Part shown: in pieces, positions 16,684-25,002 of the stretch
How positions within the stretch are numbered: position 1 is the first letter of the stretch
Layout of the letters: every line of letters starts with the position of its first letter
Assembly (NCBI GenBank): GCA_039683575.1
Contig: JBDKRC010000136.1
Coordinates: 1-25,002, forward strand
Source of the DNA: Armatimonadia bacterium
GTDB lineage: Bacteria > Armatimonadota > Zipacnadia > Zipacnadales > UBA11051
Length of the DNA stretch: 25,002 nucleotides
Direction of reading: 5' to 3'
The notes under the pieces: model-generated
Database searches by the model: none
Told to the model about the DNA's origin: nothing
What the model saw: the letters and a program-made list of their open reading frames with translations, nothing else
Translations under genes and position numbers: made by a program

Positions 16684-18051
16684 ATGGCTAACATCTTCAA
16701 GAAAATTGGCAGCGGGCTCCTGGGCGGCTTGGACAAGGCCGCCGCGGGTCTATTGCCGCTGGGGCTTGAGGAGGACATCCAGGAAGGCGACATCTCACCC
16801 CAGCAGAAGCGAGCCATGCGTGCAGCCCTTCTCAGCTCGATCGGTGCGGCCATCGGCAACCAGCGACCCGAGATGGCGATCCCGATGTACATCCAGCGTG
16901 CGGCTCCCGCAGTGGCTGCTCGCCAGCAACAGAGGAAGGTGACAACCACCAACGAGCAACTGCGTGCGGCTATGGCCCAGATTGCCCCGGACGACCCGCA
17001 GAAGCACATGAAGCGCGCACAGATCTTCTCGGAAGCAGGCCTCGACAAGCTGGCGACCTTCAGCCTCAAGATGCACGAAGCCGGCACGACCGAAGCCCCG
17101 AAGGCTACCGGCGGACCCCAGGAGGTCATGATTGGTGGGCAGAAGGTGCTCATCCAGCCGATGAGTGACGGCACATTCAAGAGGCACGAAGGGGTCTCCA
17201 GCGTGCCGAAGTATACCCCGGTGGATCAGGGCGGGCAAATCTCCTACATTGATCCTACAAACCCGGGCGCAGCCCCGGCGGCTACCCTGCCGAAGTCGAT
17301 GACTCCGGGTGAGTCTGGGACCCTCGGTCAGCGTCAGGAGGAGTTCCGCAAGACCTTCCCTCTCCAGCAGGGCCAGCTCGCCGTATCCCAGGGACAGCTC
17401 GGAGTTGCACAGCAGAATGCAAGAACGTCTCAGGGGCACCTTTCGCTCTCGCAGGGTATGTTCCCCCACCAGATTGCGCAGATGGATGCGAACGCCTCCA
17501 AGGCGCGCACAGACCAGGGCGCGACCAGGATGAGCATGGGGGTGCAGGCGCAGTCCCAGTTCACCGGCATGCGTGACGCTCTCGACACCGTCCGCCAGCT
17601 CAAGTCGATCATCTCGGGCGACCCGGCGACAGGCCGGCCCGGGACAGGCCCCGTCATCGACCCGACTTCGAAGGACTACGTCAGGCTTCAGGCACTGAAG
17701 AACCACTTGACGATGACCATGAAAGAGGTCTACAAGCTCGGTGCCCTCCAGCAGCCTGAAATCGCCATGATGGAGAAGCTGATCAACGACCCGACATCGT
17801 TTAAGATCGCCGGTCGCGAGATGCTGAACCCGGGCGCGCTGGCCCAGAACCTCACCGAGATTGAAGGCATCATCTCCCGGGCTGCAACGAACCAGTCCGT
17901 TATGTACGGGTTCGATCCGCAGGCGGTGCTGAACCCCGACTATGGCAAGGCCCGCGAACTCCTGAGGCCCCCGCCGTCTGGTGGCGCGGGTGGCGGCCGG
18001 GTTCGGTCTGTTCTGCAACCTGATGGCTCCTGGCGCCAGGAAAGGTACTAA
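16684..18051 (+). CDS. Putative internal virion / ejection protein
   Basis: 455 aa, GGAGG RBS, helical with Q-rich heptad-like centre and YKLGALQQPEIAMM motif; position within the ejection cluster. Confidence 0.72.
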   Translation: MANIFKKIGSGLLGGLDKAAAGLLPLGLEEDIQEGDISPQQKRAMRAALLSSIGAAIGNQRPEMAIPMYIQRAAPAVAARQQQRKVTTTNEQLRAAMAQIAPDDPQKHMKRAQIFSEAGLDKLATFSLKMHEAGTTEAPKATGGPQEVMIGGQKVLIQPMSDGTFKRHEGVSSVPKYTPVDQGGQISYIDPTNPGAAPAATLPKSMTPGESGTLGQRQEEFRKTFPLQQGQLAVSQGQLGVAQQNARTSQGHLSLSQGMFPHQIAQMDANASKARTDQGATRMSMGVQAQSQFTGMRDALDTVRQLKSIISGDPATGRPGTGPVIDPTSKDYVRLQALKNHLTMTMKEVYKLGALQQPEIAMMEKLINDPTSFKIAGREMLNPGALAQNLTEIEGIISRAATNQSVMYGFDPQAVLNPDYGKARELLRPPPSGGAGGGRVRSVLQPDGSWRQERY

Positions 18052-18054
18052 ACG

Positions 18055-20025
18055 ATGAGCGAGCGAGTGTACGTCGTTGGCGGCGAAGAGTTCGTCATCC
18101 CTGACAGTGTCCCCGCGGACGTAGCTCTTCGTGCGTTCAAGCAGAAGTTCCCGCAGGCCCCTGTGCCGCCGGATCTGGCCCAGGCCGCCCCATCCGCAGT
18201 TCAAAGGCCCGAATTCGCCCAGCCCGGAGGCCACCAGGCGCTCGGGCGGTCGATGTTCCAAGGCGCCACGATGGGCTGGGGCGACGAAGCAATCGCCGGT
18301 GTGCGAACGCTCATGAACGACCGACCGTACGCTGCGAATCTTGAAGAAGAGCGCAAGCGGATGGAGGGACTCAGCCAGCAGTTCCCGAAGACGAGCATGG
18401 CCGGGACGGCTGCTGGCGCCCTCGGGACCGCAGGTTTGACCGCTGGTATCGGAAACGTCCCCCGTGCCGCCGGCATGGCGCGGGCTATGTTCCAAGGCGC
18501 GGGCGTTGGCGCCGGCTATGGCGCGATCGCTGGCGCCGGCGATGCCACAGAGAACAGGGCCAGGGGTGCGGCCGAGGGTGCCGCATTCGGTGGCGCTCTC
18601 GGGCTCGCGGCGCCGCCGATTACCGCCACCGCCCGGGGGCTGACTCAACTGATCGGGGACGCCGCCCCGAAGGCGGGCAACTTCCTCTCGAAAGTCATCC
18701 CCAACCTGACCGCTCCGAAGGACAGGCCGAACCAGATAATCGCCGAGAAGATGCTGGCGGATGGGCTGACACCGAACGATCTGCTCTCCCGCGCGCGCCA
18801 GTGGATGGGCACCGGCAAGCCGGTCAAGCTCGCTGACGTTGGCGGCGCCAACATGACCAAACTCAGTGACACTGCCCTCCTCCTACCCAGCAACGGGAAG
18901 ACGCAGGCGGTTGAAGCGCTCGCAGAGAGGGGCGCCGGCCAGAGCGGGCGCATCGCAGGCGATATCTCGACCGCGGTGGGTGGCGCCGTCGATCGCTACT
19001 CGGCATCCGCCGGGTTTGGCGTTGCGAAGAAGGCGGCCGGCCCGCTCTACGACCGAGCGTTCATGGGCGCCCCGATGGTGGACGACCCGAAGATAAACAG
19101 CTTCCTAACGCGGCCGGCGTTCCGTGCGGCCTACCAGATGGCGAAGAACACCTTGGCGAATGCCGGTGAGGCACTTCCCCAGGTTTTCGGCCCAGACGGG
19201 AAGTTGATCGGCGTCAGGCCCAGCTTGGAAACGCTCGACCACATCAAGAAGGGCCTCGACGACATCATCCTGAACCATACCTGGGGTGCCGCCGGCAAGT
19301 CGGGAAGGACCACATACATCAGCAAACTGAAGGAAGCCCGCAACGAGTTTGTCGCTCACCTGGATAGCCTGTACCCTGAGTACGCTGCTGCGCGCCAGAC
19401 CTACGCGGGACCCGCGGCGATGGACACTGCGATGCGGGAGGGCGCCGAGGCGTCACTCAGCGACGTGCGCGAGGTCCACAAAACGCTCATGAACTACCGC
19501 ACCAACAGCGAGAAGAATGCCTTCCGAGACGGTGTTGTGGACTCGATCCTTCGCAATCTGCGCAACGCCAAGGACTCCGCAAACGGGGTGGCGCGGGTGT
19601 TTGGTAGTCCCGAACAGCGCGCAATCTTGAAGGAAGTTGTCGGAGGGGGGCCGGCATTCGACGCTCTCGAGCAGTCCATGCTGGCCGAGCGGGCGATGCA
19701 TCGCACGAACAACACGGTCATGGGGAACAGCGCCACCGCCGGCAGGCTCACGGGTGTGGCCGATCTCGCATCCGGGGGAGGAGTCAACCCCGGGATCGTA
19801 CAGGGGGGCGCCGTCCCTTGGGCTCTGTCTGAGGGGATGAAGCGGCTTTTGAATCGCAGCAGGAGCATGAACGCAGGCGGAATCGTCAAGAACCTGCTCA
19901 CCGATGATGCAGAAACGGCTGCAAACGGCCTCCGCGGGTACTATGAGGCTATGCAGAAAAGGGGTCGAAAGCCTCGGGTTCTGCCAGGAGCGCTCGGCAT
20001 CGCAGGAGGTTTGCTATCCCAATAA
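18055..20025 (+). CDS. Large putative ejection protein
   Basis: 656 aa; QGATMGWGDE, Gly/Ala-rich membrane-like segments (GAGVGAGYGAIAGAG), LDHIKKGLDD, YAAARQTYAG, GNSATAGRL motifs seen in podovirus DNA transfer proteins. Confidence 0.8.
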   Translation: MSERVYVVGGEEFVIPDSVPADVALRAFKQKFPQAPVPPDLAQAAPSAVQRPEFAQPGGHQALGRSMFQGATMGWGDEAIAGVRTLMNDRPYAANLEEERKRMEGLSQQFPKTSMAGTAAGALGTAGLTAGIGNVPRAAGMARAMFQGAGVGAGYGAIAGAGDATENRARGAAEGAAFGGALGLAAPPITATARGLTQLIGDAAPKAGNFLSKVIPNLTAPKDRPNQIIAEKMLADGLTPNDLLSRARQWMGTGKPVKLADVGGANMTKLSDTALLLPSNGKTQAVEALAERGAGQSGRIAGDISTAVGGAVDRYSASAGFGVAKKAAGPLYDRAFMGAPMVDDPKINSFLTRPAFRAAYQMAKNTLANAGEALPQVFGPDGKLIGVRPSLETLDHIKKGLDDIILNHTWGAAGKSGRTTYISKLKEARNEFVAHLDSLYPEYAAARQTYAGPAAMDTAMREGAEASLSDVREVHKTLMNYRTNSEKNAFRDGVVDSILRNLRNAKDSANGVARVFGSPEQRAILKEVVGGGPAFDALEQSMLAERAMHRTNNTVMGNSATAGRLTGVADLASGGGVNPGIVQGGAVPWALSEGMKRLLNRSRSMNAGGIVKNLLTDDAETAANGLRGYYEAMQKRGRKPRVLPGALGIAGGLLSQ

Positions 20026-20045
20026 AATTCACCCGCAAGGATCTG

Positions 20046-20444
20046 GTGGACGACATCACGAAGGCCATCTCCGCGATGGAGGGATTCGGGGTTGCACTGT
20101 CTTTATCGACCCGAAACGCGAACCCGGGCAACATCCGTTCTTGGAAAAAAGAGGGGATCGCGTACCCCACCCGCAAGGGCTTCGTCAACTTCATGGCGTG
20201 GGCGCATGGGGACAAGATGCTGGCCGAGAACGAAGGCTGGCGGGTCCTGAAAACGCTTGTGCATTTGTACTTGGACGGTCGCTACACCGGTGGCAAGTCG
20301 CCTTCGCTGAACCAGATGTTCGCCAAGTACGCTCCCGATTCGGATGGGAATCATTCAGCGGCGTACGCCGCATTTGTGGCAAAGCGGGTAGGGGTGCTCG
20401 CAGAAAAGCCACTGGCTGACTATTTGGTCGACGAAGGGGTCTAG
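20046..20444 (+). CDS. Lysozyme-like protein of the RNNNPGNI family; candidate endolysin
   Basis: AISAMEG, RNANPGNIR (20112-20138), KYAPDSDGNHSAAYAAFVAKRVG; AAGGA RBS before GTG. Confidence 0.72.
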   Translation: MDDITKAISAMEGFGVALSLSTRNANPGNIRSWKKEGIAYPTRKGFVNFMAWAHGDKMLAENEGWRVLKTLVHLYLDGRYTGGKSPSLNQMFAKYAPDSDGNHSAAYAAFVAKRVGVLAEKPLADYLVDEGV

Positions 20445-20493
20445 CCCCGGGGCGGCCAGCTTTGGGTGGGGGACAAGGTAAGGAGCTTTTAGT

Positions 20494-21366
20494 ATGCCAA
20501 CAAACGAACGTGTGAACCCGCCTCAGCCGACTGAGCAAAGGTACAGCCTGGATCGGCTGTATGTGACGCCCCGGCTGACCAGGGCTATCTACCAGGAGAG
20601 GTATCAGGAGCAAGCTCCCCCTTTCGATCCCGAACGTCGAATTCAGCGTTGGTTCTTCACCGATGTCTTGGAAGGCTCTGAAGACCCAGCCAACGAGCTT
20701 GTGCAGTTCACGGTGTGGGATGGCAAGTTCAAGAGCTACACCTGTTCCCGGCTCCATGCTTCGACCCCGAACCTGCCAGGCGCTCTCGTTTGGCCGAAGT
20801 ATGAGAACCCCGAGACGACCTCGGCCTGCCTCTACGGCCCGATCAGCGAGGTCGAAAACGGATTCGCCCCCCTGAGCGGCCGCCTGCTCGTAGACCCGGC
20901 GAAGGCCAAAGCGGTTCTGGATGAGATCAACAAAGACCTCGGCACCAAATACACGATGAGCTACCCCGCCGATCCCTGGCCCTGGAAGATCGTCTGGGGG
21001 ACCGAGACCCGCAGGAGCATCAACTTCGTCCAAGACAACGAGACGATAGGCGCCTCCCCCCTCCTCGACGACCGGTTCAAGAATGGTGTCGGCTCGCCCG
21101 GTAAGTGGGTCAAGTCGGATTCGGGCGGACCCCAGTTTATCGCCGACACGCCCCCGACAGGTGAGTCCGACCTCCGCCCCGAGGTCCCGATGGTTGTGCG
21201 CCCGCTGCTGCCGAACGAGCGGATAGAGTCGGGCTTCGGCGGGCTCCTCCACATCGTCCGTACCGACCTGTCCCAGGACGAACCAGGCCCGGGCACAGGC
21301 GCGCTTACGGTCGCCCAGGACACCCGGCTGAAAGCCGTCGCCACAAAGCTCGGAGTGGGGGACTGA
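20494..21366 (+). CDS. Hypothetical protein, Pro/Trp-rich, 290 aa
   Basis: Strong RBS TAAGGAG, coding-like codon usage, no recognisable motif. Confidence 0.8.
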   Translation: MPTNERVNPPQPTEQRYSLDRLYVTPRLTRAIYQERYQEQAPPFDPERRIQRWFFTDVLEGSEDPANELVQFTVWDGKFKSYTCSRLHASTPNLPGALVWPKYENPETTSACLYGPISEVENGFAPLSGRLLVDPAKAKAVLDEINKDLGTKYTMSYPADPWPWKIVWGTETRRSINFVQDNETIGASPLLDDRFKNGVGSPGKWVKSDSGGPQFIADTPPTGESDLRPEVPMVVRPLLPNERIESGFGGLLHIVRTDLSQDEPGPGTGALTVAQDTRLKAVATKLGVGD

Positions 21367-21369
21367 CTC

Positions 21370-21849
21370 ATGTCCACCACACCCCAACCGAACAACACCT
21401 CAGTCATCGCCTCGGTGATTGCGCAAGCAATCACTCAGGCGATGACTAGCCAAACCAGCTTCTCGCAGGCCACTTCGGCGCAAGTCCTCGCGCTCCTCAA
21501 CCGAGCTTCCGAGGACATCAAATCTGCGAGCGCTTTGCTTGAGGGGGATACGGCCGTGGTGAACGCGCCGGCAACCCCTCAAGCAGAGGCAGCACCCACA
21601 CCCGCCAAGACTGGATTCTGGGCGAAGGTGGGATCGGTCGCCAAGAAGTTAGTCCCGTACGCCGGCGTTGCGGCCGCGCTCGGGCTCACCGGCGGGGCCG
21701 CGGCCGCCTGGATACCCGAGGTCATCAACGTCCTCGCGAGTCCAACCGGCGCCGGCACGGTGCTCGGCACCGGCCTGGCTGCGGGCGCCGCAATCGTCAA
21801 AGCGCGCGAGGAGTTCAAAGCCCCCGCGCCCACACTCTCAATCAAGTAG
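21370..21849 (+). CDS. Putative membrane protein / holin candidate
   Basis: Amphipathic FWAKVGSVAKKLV followed by two Gly/Ala-rich hydrophobic stretches; lies downstream of the lysin candidate. Confidence 0.6.
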   Translation: MSTTPQPNNTSVIASVIAQAITQAMTSQTSFSQATSAQVLALLNRASEDIKSASALLEGDTAVVNAPATPQAEAAPTPAKTGFWAKVGSVAKKLVPYAGVAAALGLTGGAAAAWIPEVINVLASPTGAGTVLGTGLAAGAAIVKAREEFKAPAPTLSIK

Positions 21850-21858
21850 GAGACGGCA

Positions 21859-22602
21859 GTGATCAAGCTGAACTTGCGTAAAGGCGACTCTACCTGGCGC
21901 CACGGGGACCGGCCGATATGGTCCGAAGACGGCGTCGAGCTGTCCGAGGATCAAGTCGCGGCCCGGTTCAGCGTTCCCGATGCAAGGATCCTCTTCCTCA
22001 TCTGTGGGTTCCGCGTCAAGAAAGCGGGCACCGCCTACCGAGCGATCGCCTACTCAGCCCCCAAGTACACCGAGATTGTCGAAGTCTGGTGGCCTGGGGG
22101 CCAATGGGCGGGCTCTTTCCCGTTTGCGCGCATGCGCGCTAAGAAGTCGGGTGACCTGTTCGCCGCCGCCATCAGACGGGTCTTCGACCGGTGCGCGCAT
22201 ATGCCCTACCGGGTTGACGTGCAAGCGCACTCCCTCGGCGCGAGGGTTGCCCTCCGGGCCGCCCTGTCAGTCTACTTCGACCTGATCCTTCTGGCGGCAC
22301 CGGCAGTCGACAATGAAGCCCTGAGCCCCGGGGGCGAGTTCGGATGTGTCGACGCGGGCAGGATCGCCGTCTGTTGGTCGATCCACGACCCGGTGTCTTT
22401 CGGGTACAAGCTCGCCAGCATGGACAACATGCTCGGCGTGACCGGGGCTGAACCGGCGGCGGATCTGCCACCGTTCGTGACCCTTCACGACTTCAGCCAC
22501 CTCGACGACCACAGCGGATACCAGGTCGATCCCAAGTACTTCGAACTCTGGGATCGTCTCGTGAATGGGGTGCAATACGGGGTGGAAGATGGCCGAAGTT
22601 GA
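21859..22602 (+). CDS. Alpha/beta hydrolase (DUF900-like esterase/lipase)
   Basis: Nucleophile elbow AHSLG (22225-22239), LAAPAVD, SIHD, C-terminal DHSGY His; AGGAG RBS before GTG. Confidence 0.82.
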   Translation: MIKLNLRKGDSTWRHGDRPIWSEDGVELSEDQVAARFSVPDARILFLICGFRVKKAGTAYRAIAYSAPKYTEIVEVWWPGGQWAGSFPFARMRAKKSGDLFAAAIRRVFDRCAHMPYRVDVQAHSLGARVALRAALSVYFDLILLAAPAVDNEALSPGGEFGCVDAGRIAVCWSIHDPVSFGYKLASMDNMLGVTGAEPAADLPPFVTLHDFSHLDDHSGYQVDPKYFELWDRLVNGVQYGVEDGRS

Positions 22603-22873
22603 TACCAGCACCCAGCTCGCGACACTCGACCTGCGGATGACCCACCTCGAGGGGGTCCTTGGGGCGGAACAGCTCCACGCGCATGCTCTCCTCCTCGAGA
22701 GGGTATCGACCATCCTCCAGACGGTGACCGTACGTCTCGACGGGGTGGAGGAGACATTGAAAGGGCACCAGTCCACGATTGACCAGGCCCGCGGGATCAG
22801 GGCTGGATCGTTCGCTATCGCCGGCGCCCTTGGGGTGATCGGGACTTGGATTGTGGAGGCATTCCGAAAATGA
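22589..22873 (+). CDS. Coiled-coil protein with C-terminal transmembrane helix (XhlA-like lysis accessory)
   Basis: Heptad Leu pattern followed by SFAIAGALGVIGTWIVEAFRK; start taken at ATG 22589. Confidence 0.65.
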   Translation: MAEVDTSTQLATLDLRMTHLEGVLGAEQLHAHALLLERVSTILQTVTVRLDGVEETLKGHQSTIDQARGIRAGSFAIAGALGVIGTWIVEAFRK

Positions 22874-23112
22874 GTTCGCCCTTCGACCTGTTCAGTGGTG
22901 TGCCAAAGGAACTAATCCCTTTCCTGCTGGGAGCCTCCGAGAAGGCCAGCAAGAAGCTCGACAATGCGTTGCGGATCCTGAAGGAAAACAAGAAAGGCCC
23001 CCTGGATGCTCTCCAGAGGGCCTTGGAAAACGGTGATTACCTGCCAGGTCTAGGCGGCCTGGGACTCGGTCTCGGGGCGTACTCGAGTCAACGGCCCAAG
23101 TCCCGCGACTGA
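22870..23112 (+). CDS. Small hypothetical protein, last gene of the late operon
   Basis: ATGA overlap with the previous stop, GGAGG upstream, 80 aa. Confidence 0.55.
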   Translation: MSSPFDLFSGVPKELIPFLLGASEKASKKLDNALRILKENKKGPLDALQRALENGDYLPGLGGLGLGLGAYSSQRPKSRD

Positions 23113-23700
23113 TGCGACCTTCGGGGTAGGCCGGCCCCCGTTATCGGTGCGGGTCACCTGAGCGAAACCGTCGCCGACCAAGGGGACATTCTCGGCCGGG
23201 TCGTACGACACCCCCTTCGGCGGCCCAGGGAATGCGTTCCTGCGCGCCCACACCGACGGCTTCTGGTTGGCGAGCATCCGCGCCTCCACCGCCGCGGATG
23301 TCGCCGCCGCTTCCTCCTCCGCCGTCTGAGGGGGCCTCGCCACCTCACCAACAGCCCTGTCGTACTTGAGCAAATCGTCCAAGTCGGTGCGGCCGGTCTC
23401 CTCGAAATGGATCAAAGCCTGGACGTTGAAGATCGCCGCGGCCAGGTGGTCCTCGTCGCGCATCCCCATGCGGTAATTGTTCAGATGCCGCAGCGCACTG
23501 TCCACGAGCGAAGAGAACGGAATCCCCTTCTCCCAGTTGTGATCGCCGTATTTTGCACCGCCCTTCTCCATCCACTTGGCCTCCCTCTTCAGCATGAAAG
23601 GGCTGATGAGGTCGTACCGGCCCTTGCCAGCGGACATGTCCCGCACGGCTCCTGTGCCGAAGCTCCTTCTCTCGCCCGAATCCTTCAGTTCAAAACCCAT
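23050..23700 (-). CDS. dATP/dGTP diphosphohydrolase-domain protein (DUF5664-like)
   Basis: KDSGERRSFGTGAVRD...GKGRYDL...GAKYGDHNWEKG...RHL...EDHLAAAIFN; AGGAG RBS at 23710-23706 supports ATG 23700. Confidence 0.88.
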   Translation of the reverse strand: MGFELKDSGERRSFGTGAVRDMSAGKGRYDLISPFMLKREAKWMEKGGAKYGDHNWEKGIPFSSLVDSALRHLNNYRMGMRDEDHLAAAIFNVQALIHFEETGRTDLDDLLKYDRAVGEVARPPQTAEEEAAATSAAVEARMLANQKPSVWARRNAFPGPPKGVSYDPAENVPLVGDGFAQVTRTDNGGRPTPKVASVAGLGPLTRVRPETESQAA

Positions 23701-23742
23701 GATTGCTCCTTGTGAATTTTCATCCCAACTGCTGAAAAACAA

Positions 23743-25002
23743 CTACTGGATGGCACTCCCGGCGAATTCGCTCGCGGTCGCGGCCAGCCCCACAAAACCC
23801 ATCCGCCCGGTCGCGCTCGAGCGGAAACGCTTGAACCCTCGGTCCTCTAACGCTTGCGAGAACCTCTTCATGCTGCCGGCGCTCTCACCGTTCGCATCAC
23901 ACCACCGACTCCACGCTTCGTAGAGTGCTTGCACTTCCACACGCGCTGAGTCGCTGGTGCACTCACGAACGAACCGACCGATCGGGTCGTTCCTCTCCAT
24001 GTACTCTTCCGATGCAGCCAGCACGACCTTCGGGGGGCGCAAGCCGCCTGAATACCAGTCCTTGGCGCCCCGGATCGCCCACCACAGGATGGCCGGCGAC
24101 TCCGCCCTCAGGGTGTCCATCAAGCTGGTGTTCGGGACAGCCGGCTTGAAGATGAACGGAAGCAAATGAAACCTGCGCTTGACGGCGTCGTCGACGCGGG
24201 CAAGTTTGGGTTTGGCGTTGCCGACCAGAGCCAGCTTGAACTCGGGAACGTACTCGAACTCATCCTGGTAGAGGAAGCGCGCCGTGACGCGATCCCCGCC
24301 GGTTAAGCTCTTGATGCGTCCCTCGTCCCAGGTCTGGCCTTCGCGGATCTCGGAAGCCATGACCATCCGGCTCCCGGCGAGAGCAGCCAGTTCGGTCGGG
24401 TGGCGGGAGAACTCGGAAGCGACGAAGACATCCATCGAAGCCGTCCTGGCGTACTGCCCCATCAGGTGCTCAAGCACCCCGAGGAAGGTCGACTTGCCGT
24501 TCCCGCCAGGCCCCCACATGTACCAGAGCGAATGCTCGTCGGTGCGCCCTGTGAGGAAGTAGCCGGCCAGCCTCTGAAGGTATGCGACATAGTCCATGTC
24601 GCCCTGAGCGACATCCTTCAGGAATCGGATCCAGGTCGGGCAGTCCTCCATCCTGGGGACGACCGCGGTTTGCCGGGTCATGTAGAGCTGCGGGTCGGCC
24701 GGAAGCATCACACCGCTGGGGAGGTCGACGATCCCCGCCGGTGTACCGAGTAGGTCCCGGTGCGTATTGAGCTTCTGTGAGCTGATGCGGAGCCGGCGGT
24801 CGTTCCGGCAGAGGACCTCGCACGCTTGAATCTGGCGCTGGCTCGAGAGCCCCTTGGCGATGCTCAGGAATTTGGCCTGTTCGGCGGGGGTCAGCCCCAT
24901 GCGAGCGACCTTGTTCGCCGCAGTGACACACACCCCGCGGATGAGCCCGGGCACTGCCGCATCCAGGTCGTCACGCCAGGTCACCCCATCCCAGCCAAGC
25001 CA
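23743..25002 (-). CDS. P4-family / D5-like primase-helicase, C-terminal part (5' truncated by window)
   Basis: Frame open to the window edge (WLGWDGVTW, D5_N-like); Walker A GPGGNGKST, MASE, IKSLTGGDRVTARFLY, DDAVKRR SF3 helicase motifs; C-terminal winged-helix-like segment. Confidence 0.93.
   Translation of the reverse strand, partial: WLGWDGVTWRDDLDAAVPGLIRGVCVTAANKVARMGLTPAEQAKFLSIAKGLSSQRQIQACEVLCRNDRRLRISSQKLNTHRDLLGTPAGIVDLPSGVMLPADPQLYMTRQTAVVPRMEDCPTWIRFLKDVAQGDMDYVAYLQRLAGYFLTGRTDEHSLWYMWGPGGNGKSTFLGVLEHLMGQYARTASMDVFVASEFSRHPTELAALAGSRMVMASEIREGQTWDEGRIKSLTGGDRVTARFLYQDEFEYVPEFKLALVGNAKPKLARVDDAVKRRFHLLPFIFKPAVPNTSLMDTLRAESPAILWWAIRGAKDWYSGGLRPPKVVLAASEEYMERNDPIGRFVRECTSDSARVEVQALYEAWSRWCDANGESAGSMKRFSQALEDRGFKRFRSSATGRMGFVGLAATASEFAGSAIQ

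Noticed and set aside
16795..18648. 617-aa minus-strand ORF
   Set aside because: Antisense shadow of two well-supported + strand genes.
23701..23742. GTG/TTG-type upstream extension of the DUF5664 gene
   Set aside because: AGGAG RBS directly precedes ATG 23700, and the conserved motif starts right after it.
1..25002. Stop-codon reassignment, introns or inteins
   Set aside because: All three stops end genes at sensible positions under the standard code; terL, portal and capsid are uninterrupted and of normal length.

Overview
The window is a continuous piece of a GC-rich tailed-phage (or prophage) genome of podovirus type. Positions 135-23112 on the + strand form one tightly packed late operon. 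It runs: small terminase, a small HExxH protein, large terminase, P22-like portal, scaffold, major capsid protein, adaptor, two fibre/adhesin modules, nozzle, five candidate internal (ejection) proteins, and an atypical lysis-like cassette (lysozyme-like protein, unknown 290-aa protein, two membrane proteins, alpha/beta hydrolase). Converging from the right on the - strand are a DUF5664-like dNTP pyrophosphatase and a 5'-truncated P4/D5-type primase-helicase. A divergent gene appears to start at the extreme left edge. I saw no tRNA, CRISPR array, integrase, transposase or reverse transcriptase. The best leads are the spanin-less lysis cassette with a permuted lysin plus esterase, a possible beaded fibre module, an autocleaving S74 domain on an ejection protein, a shared GLL motif in the ejection proteins, a 10-bp repeat that appears to frameshift the terS tail, and apparent CTGCAG avoidance. 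All family assignments come from motif recognition and synteny, not from database searches.
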